DNA of 64,000 bases, from the NCBI GenBank assembly GCA_002633005.1, contig NMRA01000009.1, positions 35,484-99,483 of the forward strand. Direction: 5' to 3'. Origin of the DNA: Phoronis australis. Taxonomy: Eukaryota; Animalia; Phoronida. Under the pieces are notes generated by a model. That model worked only from the letters and a program-made list of their open reading frames with translations. It was not told the origin of the DNA and searched no databases. The position numbers and the translations under genes were made by a program. Numbering within the stretch: position 1 is the first letter of the stretch; each line of letters begins with the position of its first letter. Shown piece after piece: positions 24,724 to 37,869 of this stretch.

Positions 24724-26059
24724 TCGTATTCGCCCTAATAAGTGCCCATGCCCCTATAAGCGCCCCCCACGCGTTTCCATACTTTGCTAAAATAAGCGCC
24801 CAGTCCATGAACGTCGTGTACATGCGAAAAATGACTTACCTACAGTTCTTAAATTCTACAGTAACGTCTTTAATTTATCAATAAGAACAGACAGTCCTGA
24901 AAAAATCATTGTGCGCGGAATTTATAGACCACGAGCCTCACCCCTATGTCGGTATTTAGCCATGACTAGACACTTCAAACTTCCGCCGTGCTTCAAAAAG
25001 AATGCAAGCGCGAATCAAATACTAAATAAAACTTGACCTTTGTTCAGTTAAAAGTACGTGGCCAGGAAGCGTGCGCTACAAGTACCTGTCATTGAAGATT
25101 AGTCTTCGGGATCTACTCATGAAACGGGTAGCATAGCATCGGCAAGAAATAAATACTGGCACTTATTTCCGAAAGTTTTTAATACTGTAAAAAACGTTTG
25201 CGTTATTTTTAAGGGGGAATTAGTAAATTAGTCCTAATTAGTGTTTTTAAAGCTAAAATGACCTACTATAGCTAACACTTCTGCACCCATACACCCCCCG
25301 AATCTCCCGAAAAATAACTGTTAGACTGTCCCACATCCAGTCACCTATCGACTCAATGACATCGGCCTTACCGAGACAATTTTCGAACGTTTTTAGCAGA
25401 TGAGATTGACAAGTGCTAAATAAAACACGTTCTGCTTGTGTTAATTTCTTTAGTTATGAACACCTAGATCATTACATCGCATTTACTCTGGCAAATGAAC
25501 TCTCATTGGATGACACGCATGCACTCGCTCACTCACACAATACGCAGAAGAACTTCAAAACAAACATCACATGACAACAACATGTGTGTTCGTTAAGAGA
25601 TTTTTCTCGTGTTCCGGAGTATGATCTACAGCAGATTTGGACTTGACATGCTGTTCATCAAGACTCCACAGGAACATAAAAATCTTAGGGACGCTATTTT
25701 GAAAACTTAAGGACTTCAGGAAATTTGTTGAATCAAAACTATATTTTTACTCAAGAATTCAAGTTGACCTATCGGCTATCGCGAGGCAGTGATGCGTCAG
25801 TTGGCGAGTTTTCGCACTTTGATTTTCTGAAAAATGCTCGTAATTTAACAACAAAGTTTGATAGCAATGCACTGCAATTTTGTAGAAACTCTGTCAAAGG
25901 TTACAGATCAGTCACAGAGTGTAAATTTGATGAATTCTAGCTTACGATTTCTCCTGTTACGGAGACTGGGTTTTAACCACTTTTGGTGGTCTATAATAAG
26001 TGACCCCTTTCCTGAAGTGAATTTTTAAGCGCCAAGGGCGCCTATTAGGGCGAATACGG
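24724..26059. mobile_element. Non-autonomous Tc1/mariner (pogo-like) element, TA TSD
   Basis: ta|tcgtattcgccctaataagtgccc ... gggcgcctattagggcgaatacgg|ta. Confidence 0.85.
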
Positions 26060-26810
26060 TACCAATGGGCACTGTCCCTTAATTTCATGATAGCCCATTT
26101 GGAATACAGAGAGGAGGACACAAAAGACACAAGCATATCAAAATTGCCACTAGGGGATGCACAACACAAGGAAGCAGTCCAAAAATTGTCGCTCCGTGAT
26201 ATAGAGCCATCGGAACCTTTAGCAGATATAAAAGCAAAGAAAAACCTGAGAATAGGTGAGACAGCATCAACTAAATTTTTCGGAGTTGACGTCAACCGTC
26301 ACTACGTTCACTGCAACACCTGCGAAATGTCACAAAGATCCTGCAAGAGGTTTAGGAGACGCAGCTGCAGACAACAACACAGCTGCAGACACCAACACAG
26401 AACGCCAGACTGGAGCGACAGCTATTTGTACCTACATATGAATGCAACAAAGTAACGTAATGCTTAGGAGACTTATCATGAAGAAACTAGTCCCTGTTTG
26501 TAACTAACCTGAAGCTTCGGCCACTTATTATGAAGAAACTAGTCTCTACTTGTAACTTGTTCAACTAAGATTGTTAAAGAGAGAAACAGTCAGTTCATTA
26601 TTGCTGGAGATCCCTACAGTTTATTTCATGCCCCGAGCACAGTTTCAAGTCATAACTAGCAGTCAGTTTTCCCCCATGCCCAGGAATCGCATCTGTTCTA
26701 CATAAATAATTTGAAGCCAATTTTGTGAGTGTAGGTAATTCAAAGAAAAAAAAATTAGAAGAAAGCCTGTTTCTAGCACATTTAACATGCGTTCTTGTCC
26801 AAGCACAAAC

Positions 26811-26930
26811 CTGTGGCAAGAAGCCATAGTTCCAGATGTAACCATGATGTGGGAAGCAGTTCTTCACGTATCGAAGTTTACCCTTTTTCACATCTTGTTT
26901 GATTGGGCTCATAGGTTCTTTAGTAGCGAT
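26811..26930 (-). CDS. PPA1: Inorganic pyrophosphatase exon 3
   Basis: [40 protein letters not shown]; tttcag / GTTTGT; 120 nt. Confidence 0.97.
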
Positions 26931-29420
26931 CTGAAAATGTGAAAGTAGTCTCATTCACCAAAGTCGCAGAAGCATCTCATCTGACAATGATAGAGAAGAG
27001 GCCACTTGACATTAGAAGGCGATACATGACAAAGATTGTAGAGTAACATGCACATCTACTTTGTGTCTAAAGGGCCTTTCATACCTGCATTGATGTTTTG
27101 GCCAACGATGATTTTATTGGGTCAGTATTATTCCGCAAGTTACTTCACAGTAAACAGATAGACTGAAAAGAAGGTTAACAATTCAAAAGATTAACTTTAT
27201 TGGCATAGGAGTTATTGGCAAGTGTCAGTATGAAAACCAACATCTGTTGAGGTATTTTTTAGATATTTTATTACAATATTCACCATTCTACCACTCTAAA
27301 TATTTACCATTCTACCACAATAAACACTTTCAAACATAAAAGAAGATACTTCATACTAAAAAATTTACACCTGCAATAATTTTCGTGGCTGACTATGGAA
27401 GCATAAACTGAAGCCAGTCTAAATGGTTAAACTAAGTTTGGAGTTTACATAGACACAACCCTAGTCCTGGAGTTAAGCGTAATATGAAAAGGACCAAACA
27501 GCCAGTTGTGCAGTCTTCAAACATGTATAACAACACATACACAAGTCTGTTTACCTTATAGCTGTATGACATTCTTTTGTTGCACGACTACACACAATGC
27601 ATATTTGAACTAAGTAAATGGTTGTTCCCACCTTTTTCTATCTCTACTTCTCTCAAACAACAAACCAAGTACCACTGCACCTCAAGAACAAGGTCAGTGC
27701 ACAAGGACAAACAGAGTTAACTCAATCTGGCTCAGTGTTACACAAGTCAGAACACCGCTACTCCAGAACAGTTAAACTTTTACTATTTTAGCCTCATTTA
27801 TGTTTTTGTGCACATTCAAATTGAAATCTTATTTTCTTGTGTTTTAATTGAATGTTAATATTTCCAAATCATTCCACCATCTAGATTTGTGGTTTAAACT
27901 GCAGATGCTATACATACAACAAAATTAAAGTTAAATAAAACTGTTTGCATTGTAGTTCACTTTGAATGCTAAATAACTTGTCTCAAGTTGAATTATTTTG
28001 GCTTTCCCACCTATTCATGAATACAGAGCTCACAGAAAGATCTTTCACATTTTTATCAGTTCTTCCACACTCGGCTGAGAGCTCTCCTTAGTATTCTTAC
28101 AAACAATCAAACCTTGAATCCCCAAAACATCACAGATTCAACTCAAAATTTTAAAAGATTACCATGACATCAAACCACAAAGATCATAGCCTACTTGTCA
28201 ATATTCCTATTACAAAACTATCATGCCAATACATTGCTACTGTATATTCAGATCAGGATTAAACACATTTCATTTAAGAGAATGGTTTGTTGAATTTCCA
28301 GTAAATCAAAGCTTGTCTACAAACAGGAAAAGGTCGAAAATCATCACCGAAATATATCAAGTTAAAAACCAATATACAGGTAATTTATTCACCCAGCAGC
28401 CATTAGGACACTGTGGTGTCCAGTCTTATTTCAACTTTTCCAGATGAGCAACTTTTGAATAATAATAGTACTATGCTCCAGTGAGTGAAACATGAGGTGG
28501 TTTTATATTCATGTGGAAAACTACAAACAGTATACACTTAACTGTTTACTTATTGTCTGTGTGTGGTTCAGTTGCATCTTGGTCTATTTTTCATACACGA
28601 TATCAAAATTACTCTGGAAAATAGTACATCAAAATTGATTTTCAGGAATGCATATTTAGCCATTGACAACTCAGAGATGAAAATGGGTTGAAACTTGGAA
28701 ATAATTCAATCTTGCATTCACTCATAGAAAGAGAAATTTTACCCAGTTCTACAGTTACTGTTCTTCACAGCTGAAAATTTAACTTGATTCAGAACTGGAA
28801 TTAACCCACTCACACATGTTTAAAAGTCTGTGTCATACTGAGAAGGGCGATTGTACATGAAGCCTCCAGATCCCTACCTTGAACCGTATCACATTCTAAT
28901 AAATGTCCTTGTATGGCTCACATTTGTCTTTCACTGATAAATTCGAGCTAACTGCATTGTTTTTAATCTTGTCTCGGGGCAAAATCCAAACTGGTTAACT
29001 TGGTGAGTCAATACAGAAGACTGGCTTATGCCACATACGGGCCATGGTATACTCCTACATATTTCATGGTATACTCCTACATATTTCATGGTATACTCCT
29101 ACATATTTCATGGTAACTAGATGGTCGTAACCTGTGTGTCCACGTCCTGCTTTAACCTGTTGCCCCAACCTGTTCGACAGTACTTGCAACACATCTGACA
29201 CGTACAAGTTTCTATGGTCTTCCGAGACACCTTTAGATTTTCAGTTGTGAACTCTAGGCGCTGCTAATAGATTGAAAATGTGACCAGTTTATAGGTTGTC
29301 ATCGGTTGGCCACAGTTTACATGGGGCAACAAGACATGTAAATTACTACAGCTCTAGGTACATTTGCACTATATACATGGAATGTGTTACACTGTGCATA
29401 AACAATAGTTATGTTTCTAT

Positions 29421-29830
29421 GAGAAAGAATACAGGAAGAAGGCCATTGGTATTGTAAGTGAGCAAGCGGAGAGGGCGTCACAGTGGATATGGAAGAAGAG
29501 GAATGAACAGTGGTGCAAGAAGTCTGGAGGAAGTGGGAAGGCTTGTGATGCTGCCTCACTGAAGTTATAGGAGAGATGATATGAGCCATACAGTCCTGGA
29601 CCGGTAGAGAGACGATACCAGGCACATAGTCCTGGGCCGGTAGGTGAGACGATACGAGCCATATAGTCCTGGACCGAGCCTGATCAACTCGGTTGGCGTA
29701 CCTCCAGAGGTCGTGGTGGACAGGGCTGAGGACGGAGACTATCCACCTGAAGACAGGACTGGTGCCAAAGACATCAGAGCATTTAAAGGTAATAGAATAC
29801 AATATACTAGCTCCTTCAACCTCTTTAAGA
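29421..29830 (+). mobile_element. 5'-truncated RLE-type (HERO/NeSL-like) non-LTR retrotransposon 3' end
   Basis: EKEYRKKAIGIVSEQAERASQWIWKKRNEQW resembles the C-terminal AExASxWxWxKR of this group; followed by a GC-richer UTR with ~36-bp repeats. Confidence 0.6.
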
Positions 29831-30584
29831 ACTACTCCAATCAATGAACTGCTGTCTCATAACAAAATCAGGAACACCTTACCAAGTAGAACTATTGATT
29901 AATGCACATATATACTAAATGTACATAATTAGCTGCATTCATATTTGGATACCTGTAATTGTAAACTGAATTTATCGACTTTACTTGCTGCATGATAAAT
30001 ATGAGAGGTTTATAGAGTGGCTCACAAAACTGTTATCAGCAAAACACCATGATAACAACACCCCTGTTGAAAAAAACGAAGATTAATTTAAAACCAATCC
30101 ATGGTTGGACTTTTATCACCTTACCAGCGATAAAAACCAATCAAATATTAGTCCAATCAACATCAAAAAGACAAAGTTTATAAAAATGCTTTCCTCACTT
30201 AATTTCATGAAAGCATAAGCTAAGTGACAACTACATGTAATGACTTGAAAAGAAGTGATGGTAAACCATCTATTCTCCCACACCCTATGCCAGATAACAA
30301 AATGTCCGCCTACTCAGTTGAGGTAAAATAGCTAATTAACTGTACATTAAAGACAGCAGATGCTGACCAGGTGAGACAGAGAGCCTGCACACCTGGAAGC
30401 AGACACCCTCATTATCTGGTGGGGTACAAACCCTCATGACCAGGTGAGACAGGCCTAATCACTACACTATTCATACACACATACATGTATACAAACACCC
30501 TGCATGCAGCCTACACCAACACTTGCAAAGATAATCAAAGAATTTTTTAGTAACTAGGTCAAGTATACATAGTTGCAACTGTAC

Positions 30585-30703
30585 CTCCATCTTTGCATTC
30601 GTCCAGCGCGGCACTTCTACTACCATGTTATACACTTTCTTGTCGTCATTCTGGGCCAACAGTGGGATATCATGGAAGGGTGATACTACTGAACCATTAC
30701 GAG
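30585..30703 (-). CDS. PPA1: Inorganic pyrophosphatase exon 2
   Basis: (T)[39 protein letters not shown]; ccag / GTACAG. Confidence 0.97.
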
Positions 30704-30871
30704 CTGGAATACAGCAGAGATACACAATCACTTTCACAAACACGTGTGAATTACAATCAAATATATAGCTAAAGTACAGCATTCTCGGTATCAAGAAACT
30801 TTCTTCATAAAGCAACATTATCCTTTGTTTGATGTCATTGTTCAACTGCATCATGAGACAAATATCGACCT

Positions 30872-31285
30872 AAAACATGCAGCGACATCACGGAAAGCAT
30901 GCAGCGACATCACGGAAAGCATGCAGCGACATCACAGGAAACATGCAGCCACATCACAGAAAACATGCAGCGACATCACAGAAAACATGCAGCGACATCA
31001 CAGGAAACATGCAGCGACATCACAGNNNNNNNNNNNNNNNNNNNNNNNNNNNNNNNNNNNNNNNNNNNNNNNNNNNNNNNNNNNNNNNNNNNNNNNNNNN
31101 NNNNNNNNNNNNNNNNNNNNNNNNNNNNNNNNNNNNGCGACATCACAGAAAACATGAAGCGACATCACAGAAAACATGCAGCGACATCACAGAAAACATG
31201 AAGCGACATCACAGAAAACATGAAGCGACATCACAGAAAGCATGCAGTGACATCACAGAAAATATGCAGCGAAATCACAGAAAAC
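30872..31285. repeat. 22-bp minisatellite containing an assembly gap (31026-31136)
   Basis: unit aaacatgcagcgacatcacaga. Confidence 0.95.
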
Positions 31286-33010
31286 TTGATTGTCACCATC
31301 ATATTAGAAAGTAGGGGTCCGCTACAACAAGCTTTTTAGTGAGAATATGACTAAATGAAGTGAGCCACAAATGCATATAAACAGCAAATATTTTGGGACA
31401 GATTCCCCATGCTAAGTTAAATTTCACCACCTAAAACACTACAAGTAGACATGCATTTTGTCACGAATTCTCATGAAGTTAATTAAGTGCAAATTTCATC
31501 ATTTCCTATGACGTACAACTATCCCAACAAAACAGTTTATGTTATATAACAATTTCGGACATCTTGTGTTGTTGTTTACTATTTCGATGACCATTGCCCA
31601 CTCATATTGAAACCCTATATGCCAAACAGCTGTCCAGACTCCATTCATGTTTATGAGTTGGATGAAATCACGGGAACTCTCAATATTGTTGTTTTGCACT
31701 CACAACCCACACATATTTCTCTTCACTATATATATTGTAGCCAGAGTTAATAAACTTTGTGTGTCAGTAGAAACTCAACGACTGTGTTAGATTTTATGCT
31801 GCTCTCCATCGACTTGCTGTTGCTACCTTGTTAGCCAACTATCTACCGTTCAACCAAGAACCGGGTAACCCCCCAACTATACTACCACGACCATCCCCAC
31901 ACTAGTGGAATCTGTGTCTCCACATTGCCGATATTTCCATCACATTTCAGAGACATGAGAAACGCAAGATTACCATGACTTTGCAAGATATTGTCATGCA
32001 TTACTAGCAGAGCATGTTCACCCTGATTTATACACAAGTTTTCAGTAATGTTAGCACATGTTTACAAGCCGACAATTGTCCCAATATGCACTTGAAAAAC
32101 AACCGTCATTGTCGCTAATGATAAAGCTGATTTTACAAAATCTTCCAATTGAAAATAGCTATGCATCAAAATCCCTGACATCACGTGATACCCATAATGC
32201 TTCAGCCGGTGAAACGCACACTTTAACTTGTACTGTACTAATTCTTCAAGGAACCAACTTTCACTTTTTTCACAAGCATAAAAATCAAATTCAAGTAAAA
32301 AACGAGAACATTTAATGATTTGGATAGTTGTGTTTTGCAAACTTAGATTACTATAATATGGCAAGAGTACATAATATGTGTAGATATATACCGGTTTGAC
32401 AGAGCCTGTCAGAACTACATCACTACTTTACACTTTGGCCACTTGGGATACAATAGGTCGTACAATATCTATCTGGACAAGAGCATTTGGTAGATTAACA
32501 TCTACCTTGCAAAGGTCAATCACATGCAGGTTGGTAGGAGGATGAAATTTGCAGCTATGTTCAAACTCAGTATCACCCCAAAATTGCAACCACCCTCGCC
32601 TCCAAGCCATCGCTTGGGACTCAGTCATTTGGGGACACATTCCCTTATCTCCCATACAGCCTTGAGATATAACACAATAACAGCATGACCTACGCAGTAT
32701 CAAATACCATTTGTCATGTGCTTTCTGAAACAATGCTCAAACAGAAGGGTACAATGATGGACCCAATGAGGTTCAAGTCCCACATCAAGCTTGTCAGTTG
32801 AGAGAAGAGAGATACAAAAGTAATACCTATAGATTACTTTTAAGTGACTAATTGTCACTGAGTAGAAGTGCCAAACAGTGATGGTTTGACACAGTTTGAT
32901 CTTATTTTCAAAAACCAACACATAACATAAATTTGTAATGGTTATTCATTAAACCCATTAAACAGAACATATTCACCTATAAATAAAAATAATCTTAGAT
33001 GCTGCAATTT

Positions 33011-33148
33011 TTACAGTCAAATACATGCCTTACAGTCGAGTGATATTATTCACAATTACAGTCAAATACATGCCTTACAGTCGAGTGATATTATTCACAA
33101 TTACAGTCAAATACATGCCTTACAGTCGAGTGATATTATTCACAATTA
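33011..33148. repeat. 45-bp minisatellite, 3 copies
   Basis: unit ttacagtcaaatacatgccttacagtcgagtgatattattcacaa. Confidence 0.95.
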
Positions 33149-33684
33149 AAATAGTGGCACAAACAAGTATTTAAAACAATAGAGTATGTAGGGTCACTGA
33201 AGGAAATAGGCATAAAGCACATAAACAGTGGGTGGGATATTGATGACCAGCCAGTTCAATGGATATTTAAACAGGTTAACAAAGTGCACACTGAGAAATG
33301 TCAGGTCATAATGAAAAACAAATTATTTGTAGAACGTTTTAAGTGTGACAAGTTCAAGAAAAAGGCAGTACTTTATCAAAGCGTTCTCATTAACAACATT
33401 TGGCAAAATCGAATAAAAATTTAAAGGTGAGGTCGACAACAAAACCAAAAACATGAGCAAGCACAACTCAACGACTGTTACAACAGAATGAATAATTGAC
33501 CTGTCTGTCATTTCACCTCAAGAGATACACAGGCCCTCCACTGGGTCAAGTAGAGTTCTAGACAAGTAGGCTTATACATTGTGTTTAGATGAGAGACCCA
33601 GGTTTACTGTGGCCTTACTGATTACTATGTGTCTATTTTGTGAATACTGAAACATCCTACATCAGCTGGCATACAAAAACACTT

Positions 33685-34600
33685 CTAACCAGCTATGGAA
33701 CAATCATGGGAAAGTTGCGCATACTTAAGCCTTTTTCTCTCATTGGACTCTACTATTCGGGATTCCCATGGTACTGTAAGTTCTACAGTGATGACCGTCT
33801 TTGTACCATTTGACCATAACACCAGGACAGGCCAGAGTGTCGTCATCACTATGTGGCTTGGGAATACAGCCAATGGCCCTACATCCACAATCATCTTCCA
33901 ATCACAAGCTGCAGTCAATAGACCTCGATCTTTCCTCTTCCAGATGCACCTTCTGTGCAAACCAATATCAGCGGGATGTCAGTGTTGCTAATTGACTTCC
34001 TTCTTTCTTGGTCCAAAATATGAGCAATCTCCTTGAGTATCTTATCATGTCTCCACTTGTATTTGCCTTCTTCCAAAGCCGACTTACAGGATGACAAAAC
34101 GTGCTGTAAAGTGCAGCGCTCCCAACCACTGCCGCAAGAATCGTCTTCAATCTTTCCCCACAACTTTAGGTTTGTCGAACTAGTGGGTACATCATATGCC
34201 GAATGCAGGAGAAAACTTAATCAGTACTGATCACTGTTGGCTGTAATGCGCGTACTGTGAACTCCTTCCCACACCATCCTGATGCCTTGCTTTCTCAAGC
34301 TCACAGCTCGAGAGAAGAGCGTCTCCTTTTCCTGGTGATGCAATTTGTCTAACACCATATAACGACAATCTTTCCCTCTAGTTGCTTTCCGCCTCTTAAA
34401 CGGTCTCATGCCAAGGCCTTCACACCCTCGGGAAACTGCCCCTACCAAATCTGATATCTTCATTTTTAGAGTCCCACAAAGTCAGTAAAGTCCTGCACTT
34501 AACGACTTTAAACTCTTCCACAATAGATCGTGTTGGTAGGTTTACTGCTGAAGACTTCATGTACAGGCCCAATGAGTTTTAGTTTGGGGGGCTCAGACCC
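33685..34600 (-). mobile_element. Degenerate RLE-type (HERO/NeSL-like) non-LTR retrotransposon fragment
   Basis: frameshifted pieces: zinc-knuckle-like TLQHVLSSCKSALEEGKYKWRHDKIL and endonuclease VLWSNGTKTVITVELTVPWE...ERKRLKY. Confidence 0.85.
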
Positions 34601-35394
34601 GATTTCAAGCGTATGGTTCAGACAACCGGTGCAATCGTAACAGTAACTATGGCTAAGTAATATCGCTCCCACTCGATATGCACGTGATATCCCAAGTGGC
34701 TGGCAGTAGTGCTGCGCACTACCACTCTGTTACTGTCACCTGCTCCACTGTGCCATAAAGAAAAGTGAAGTAACGGAAGCTGAGTGACGATGAAGAAACA
34801 GTAACTACTAGTAAGAGGTAAATTTTAATCGAAGCCTTCATGAATTACTCACATTAAAATTAAGACGATTTGCAAAGCAAGCGCATGGTTAATGCCAACA
34901 CCAAAAATGAATTTGGTCTTTTGGGTAACTTAAGACCGTTTTAAACACAGCAACTTTTGCTACAAACTGGTTGCACAAGCGTGTAATAAACACCATGGAA
35001 AGAAGCAGGTTCGTGCGCAAACGCTGTGGACCATAAACAAGTGCCGGTATGACTCTTAGCATTGGATTTTAGTTGGAAGCGTGGTGGCGCAATGGAAGAG
35101 AATGTGCGCTATGACTACTAGGTTGTGAGTTAAGAGTCCTCACAATTTTAATAATTTTCCATTTTTACACATATTCTCAGTGTTCTTTTTTTATTACACT
35201 GTAGAAATTACGGAAAATGCTTGTTTTTAGAGCCAAAAACAAAATTTTCCCCTGGAAATACTTGCCTCCCAAAACGTCACTTCCGGAGTAGACGACGAGT
35301 AATTAATTAAAGTACGAAAAGCAGTAAATAAGTGAAAAATATGTCTGGGATAATCAAAGAACCTTATTTTTGCTAAAAATGACATGAGAAAAGG

Positions 35395-35595
35395 TTGCCT
35401 TCGCCTTTAAGGTCCTTGACTCATGGTCTAGGCTCACCATCAAGCGTGCTGTCTCAGGTCTGAGGGTCCGTGAAGTGCTTCATCGGTATATCATCCTTTT
35501 GCCGACTACCCCAATTGTCGAAATAGCCGAGTTTGCCCGACCTCGGGAATCGAACCAGCGACCCCGATATAACTGGCGAGCGTGCTAACCATTCA
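35395..35595 (-). mobile_element. tRNA-derived SINE-like element (head repeated at 36437-36495)
   Basis: minus strand tggttagcacgctcgcc...GGTTCGATTCC B-box followed by non-tRNA body. Confidence 0.6.
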
Positions 35596-35755
35596 TATAA
35601 TACTGATAATTAATAGGCAATTGAACGTTAGCATGTAATATAATTCAACAGAAGCATGTCTACAACACTATGTCTGCAACACTACGTCTACAACACAACA
35701 TAACACTACGTTTAAGTTTACCGCTTAATGAACTCTACTATGTAAAACAGCATNT

Positions 35756-36154
35756 AACAGTCACATCTGTAACGCACGTGGTTTTTTTAAATTGCTCATA
35801 ATTATACAAAGACTTGATTTTAGTTCAAAAACCTTTTCTTCATGTTATAGCCAAATAAATAGTTAAATTATCTATAGGGAAACTAGTTCCATAATATGAA
35901 AGACAGAACAGAGTTTTTAGACAAACCACCATTAGCATATTAACCATGGCATTTTCGGTCACATCTGTAACACTAATTAAAAGTAAATTTTAGTACACTT
36001 ATAATGTGCAGAATTAAAAACTTTTGATACCTGAAGTGCTTCCATCAAGTGTGTAATGTGTACTTAAAATTTCATACTACTGTGATGTTTCACTAATTTT
36101 ATATTGGAATTTAAAGTGTCTGAATGTCACATCTGTAACAAAACGAATACTGTG
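35756..36154. mobile_element. End of a DNA transposon with subterminal repeats
   Basis: gtcacatctgtaac repeated three times (35760, 35958, 36126), terminus ...actgtg (CACAGT on - strand). Confidence 0.4.
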
Positions 36155-36916
36155 GAATACACCTACAACAGAATGAATAATTGACTTGTCTGTCATTTCA
36201 CCTCAAGAGATACACAGGCCCTCCACTGGGTCAAGTAGAGTTCTAGACAAGTAGGCTTATACATTGTGTTTAGATGAGAGACCCAGGTTTACTGTGGCCT
36301 TACTGATTACTATGTGTCTATTTTGTGAATATTGAAACATCCTACATCAGCATAAAAACACACTTCTAACCAGCTACGGAACAATCATGGGAAAGTTGCG
36401 CATACTTAAGCCTTTTTCTCTCATTGGACTCTACTACGACCTCGGGAATCGAACCAGCGACCCCGATATAACTGGCGAGCGTGCTAACCATTCATATAAT
36501 ACTGATAATAGGCAATTGAACGTTAGCATGTAATATAATTCAACAGAAGCATGTCTACAACACTATGTCTGCAACACTACGTCTACAACACAACATAACA
36601 CTACGTTTAAGTTTACCGCTTGATGAACTCTACTATGTAAAACAGCATATAATAAGTAGGCCTAATGGTCTGAACTCCTGTTAACAGTGGTTAATTATTA
36701 TAGTGAAATTTGAACTAGTTTAGGTTGTTTATTTATTTCAAAGTATAGAGGCTACTCATTTAAATCGCGGTTACTGACTGCTTTTGACACATTTTCGAAT
36801 AAACAGAAAACATCACGCATAAAAGGGTTCAACAGCCTTCTTTCACTGGGAGTGGGAATTGTGGCTTGGGCTTTGCGTCGTGCGATGTTAACGCCCGATA
36901 CAATTCGAATACTTAC

Positions 36917-37070
36917 TGAAATAGACACGATAATCCAATGTATTTTCAGAGCCACGCTGAATTACCCCGTAAGACATTGTTCTGACAAAACTTGGGGGAA
37001 AGGTTCTTGCTCTCAACAAGCCTCCAGTACAGGCAACGACACTTTTCGCTCTGCCCACTACACGTTGCAT
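36917..37070 (-). CDS. PPA1: Inorganic pyrophosphatase exon 1 with mitochondrial-type presequence and second in-frame ATG (36977); single invertebrate PPA1/PPA2/Nurf-38-type gene
   Basis: MQRVVGRAKSVVACTGGLLRARTFPPSFVRT-MSYGVIQRGSENTLDYRVYF, A|GTAAGT donor, phase 1 fits exon 2; ten exons total 972 nt = 323 aa + stop. Confidence 0.92.
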
Positions 37071-37160
37071 TGATTGTGAAGAAATCGCGGGTAACCATGC
37101 GCAGCTTCCGGACACCAACCTTACATAAGCGACATCTATTGTATGAATGAAAATGCAATA
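37071..37160 (-). promoter_or_regulatory. Probable core promoter/5' UTR of pyrophosphatase gene
   Basis: CpG-containing stretch with ETS-like CCGGAAG (~37105-37111) just upstream of first ATG. Confidence 0.35.
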
Positions 37161-37559
37161 GATGTCGCCAACTGTTAATGTTGTAAAATCATAAACCAAA
37201 GGAGTTCAGACTGAGGTCACTTACCATTATAAAACGGGCCTTGTCTTGTGCCTTACTTAACTAATAACCAATATCTGGGTTTGTGTACAACTGACAGTTG
37301 GTTATTTTTTAGACTAAGCTAAAAATCAGCCCCAAAACACACCTATTTTGACTAATGAACAAGTTGAGACCAATTTCACAAGCCTGAGCGCAAGTAGCCT
37401 AAATCAAAATTCAGTTCGTCGTTGGATCAATGCAATATTCCCTTTCTCCGTGGCCTGTAAGCAACTCTGGCTAACAAATATGAATTATGACATAACACTT
37501 AGTCAATTTGTTTAGATACGTAAGAAACGGGGAACATCCATATAATTTGTAGGCGTGAG

Positions 37560-37869
37560 CAGGGGCGGATCCAGGATTTTGATTTAGGGGGGGCAGGGCA
37601 CAGGAATAACCAGGATTGCGCCACATGAGCGCGCCCAGCCTAAAATGTAGGGATGCAAGGGTCTCGAAATTTTGGGTCTGCGGACCTTATTACTAAAAAA
37701 AACAGTAAACGGGGTTTGTTCAAGGCCTATGCATTGCGCATTCGACTCCCGAACCCCCTGGGTACACGCAGATGCTACTCAGCAATTCGCAACCCAAACT
37801 CACAAATGGTATCTGGGAGAATTTTAGGGGGAGGGCATGGCCCCCTTGGCCCCCCTAAATCCGCCACTG
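37560..37869. mobile_element. MITE with CAG(G/T)GGCGGAT TIRs and 5-bp TSD gtgag
   Basis: gtgag|caggggcggat ... atccgccactg|gtgag. Confidence 0.85.

Larger units (their letters stand above)
23560..26450. mobile_element. Degenerate HINE-like element interrupted by two DNA-element insertions
   Basis: ccactagg units at 23688, 23834, 24668, 26147; same motifs as 17168-18780. Confidence 0.55.
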
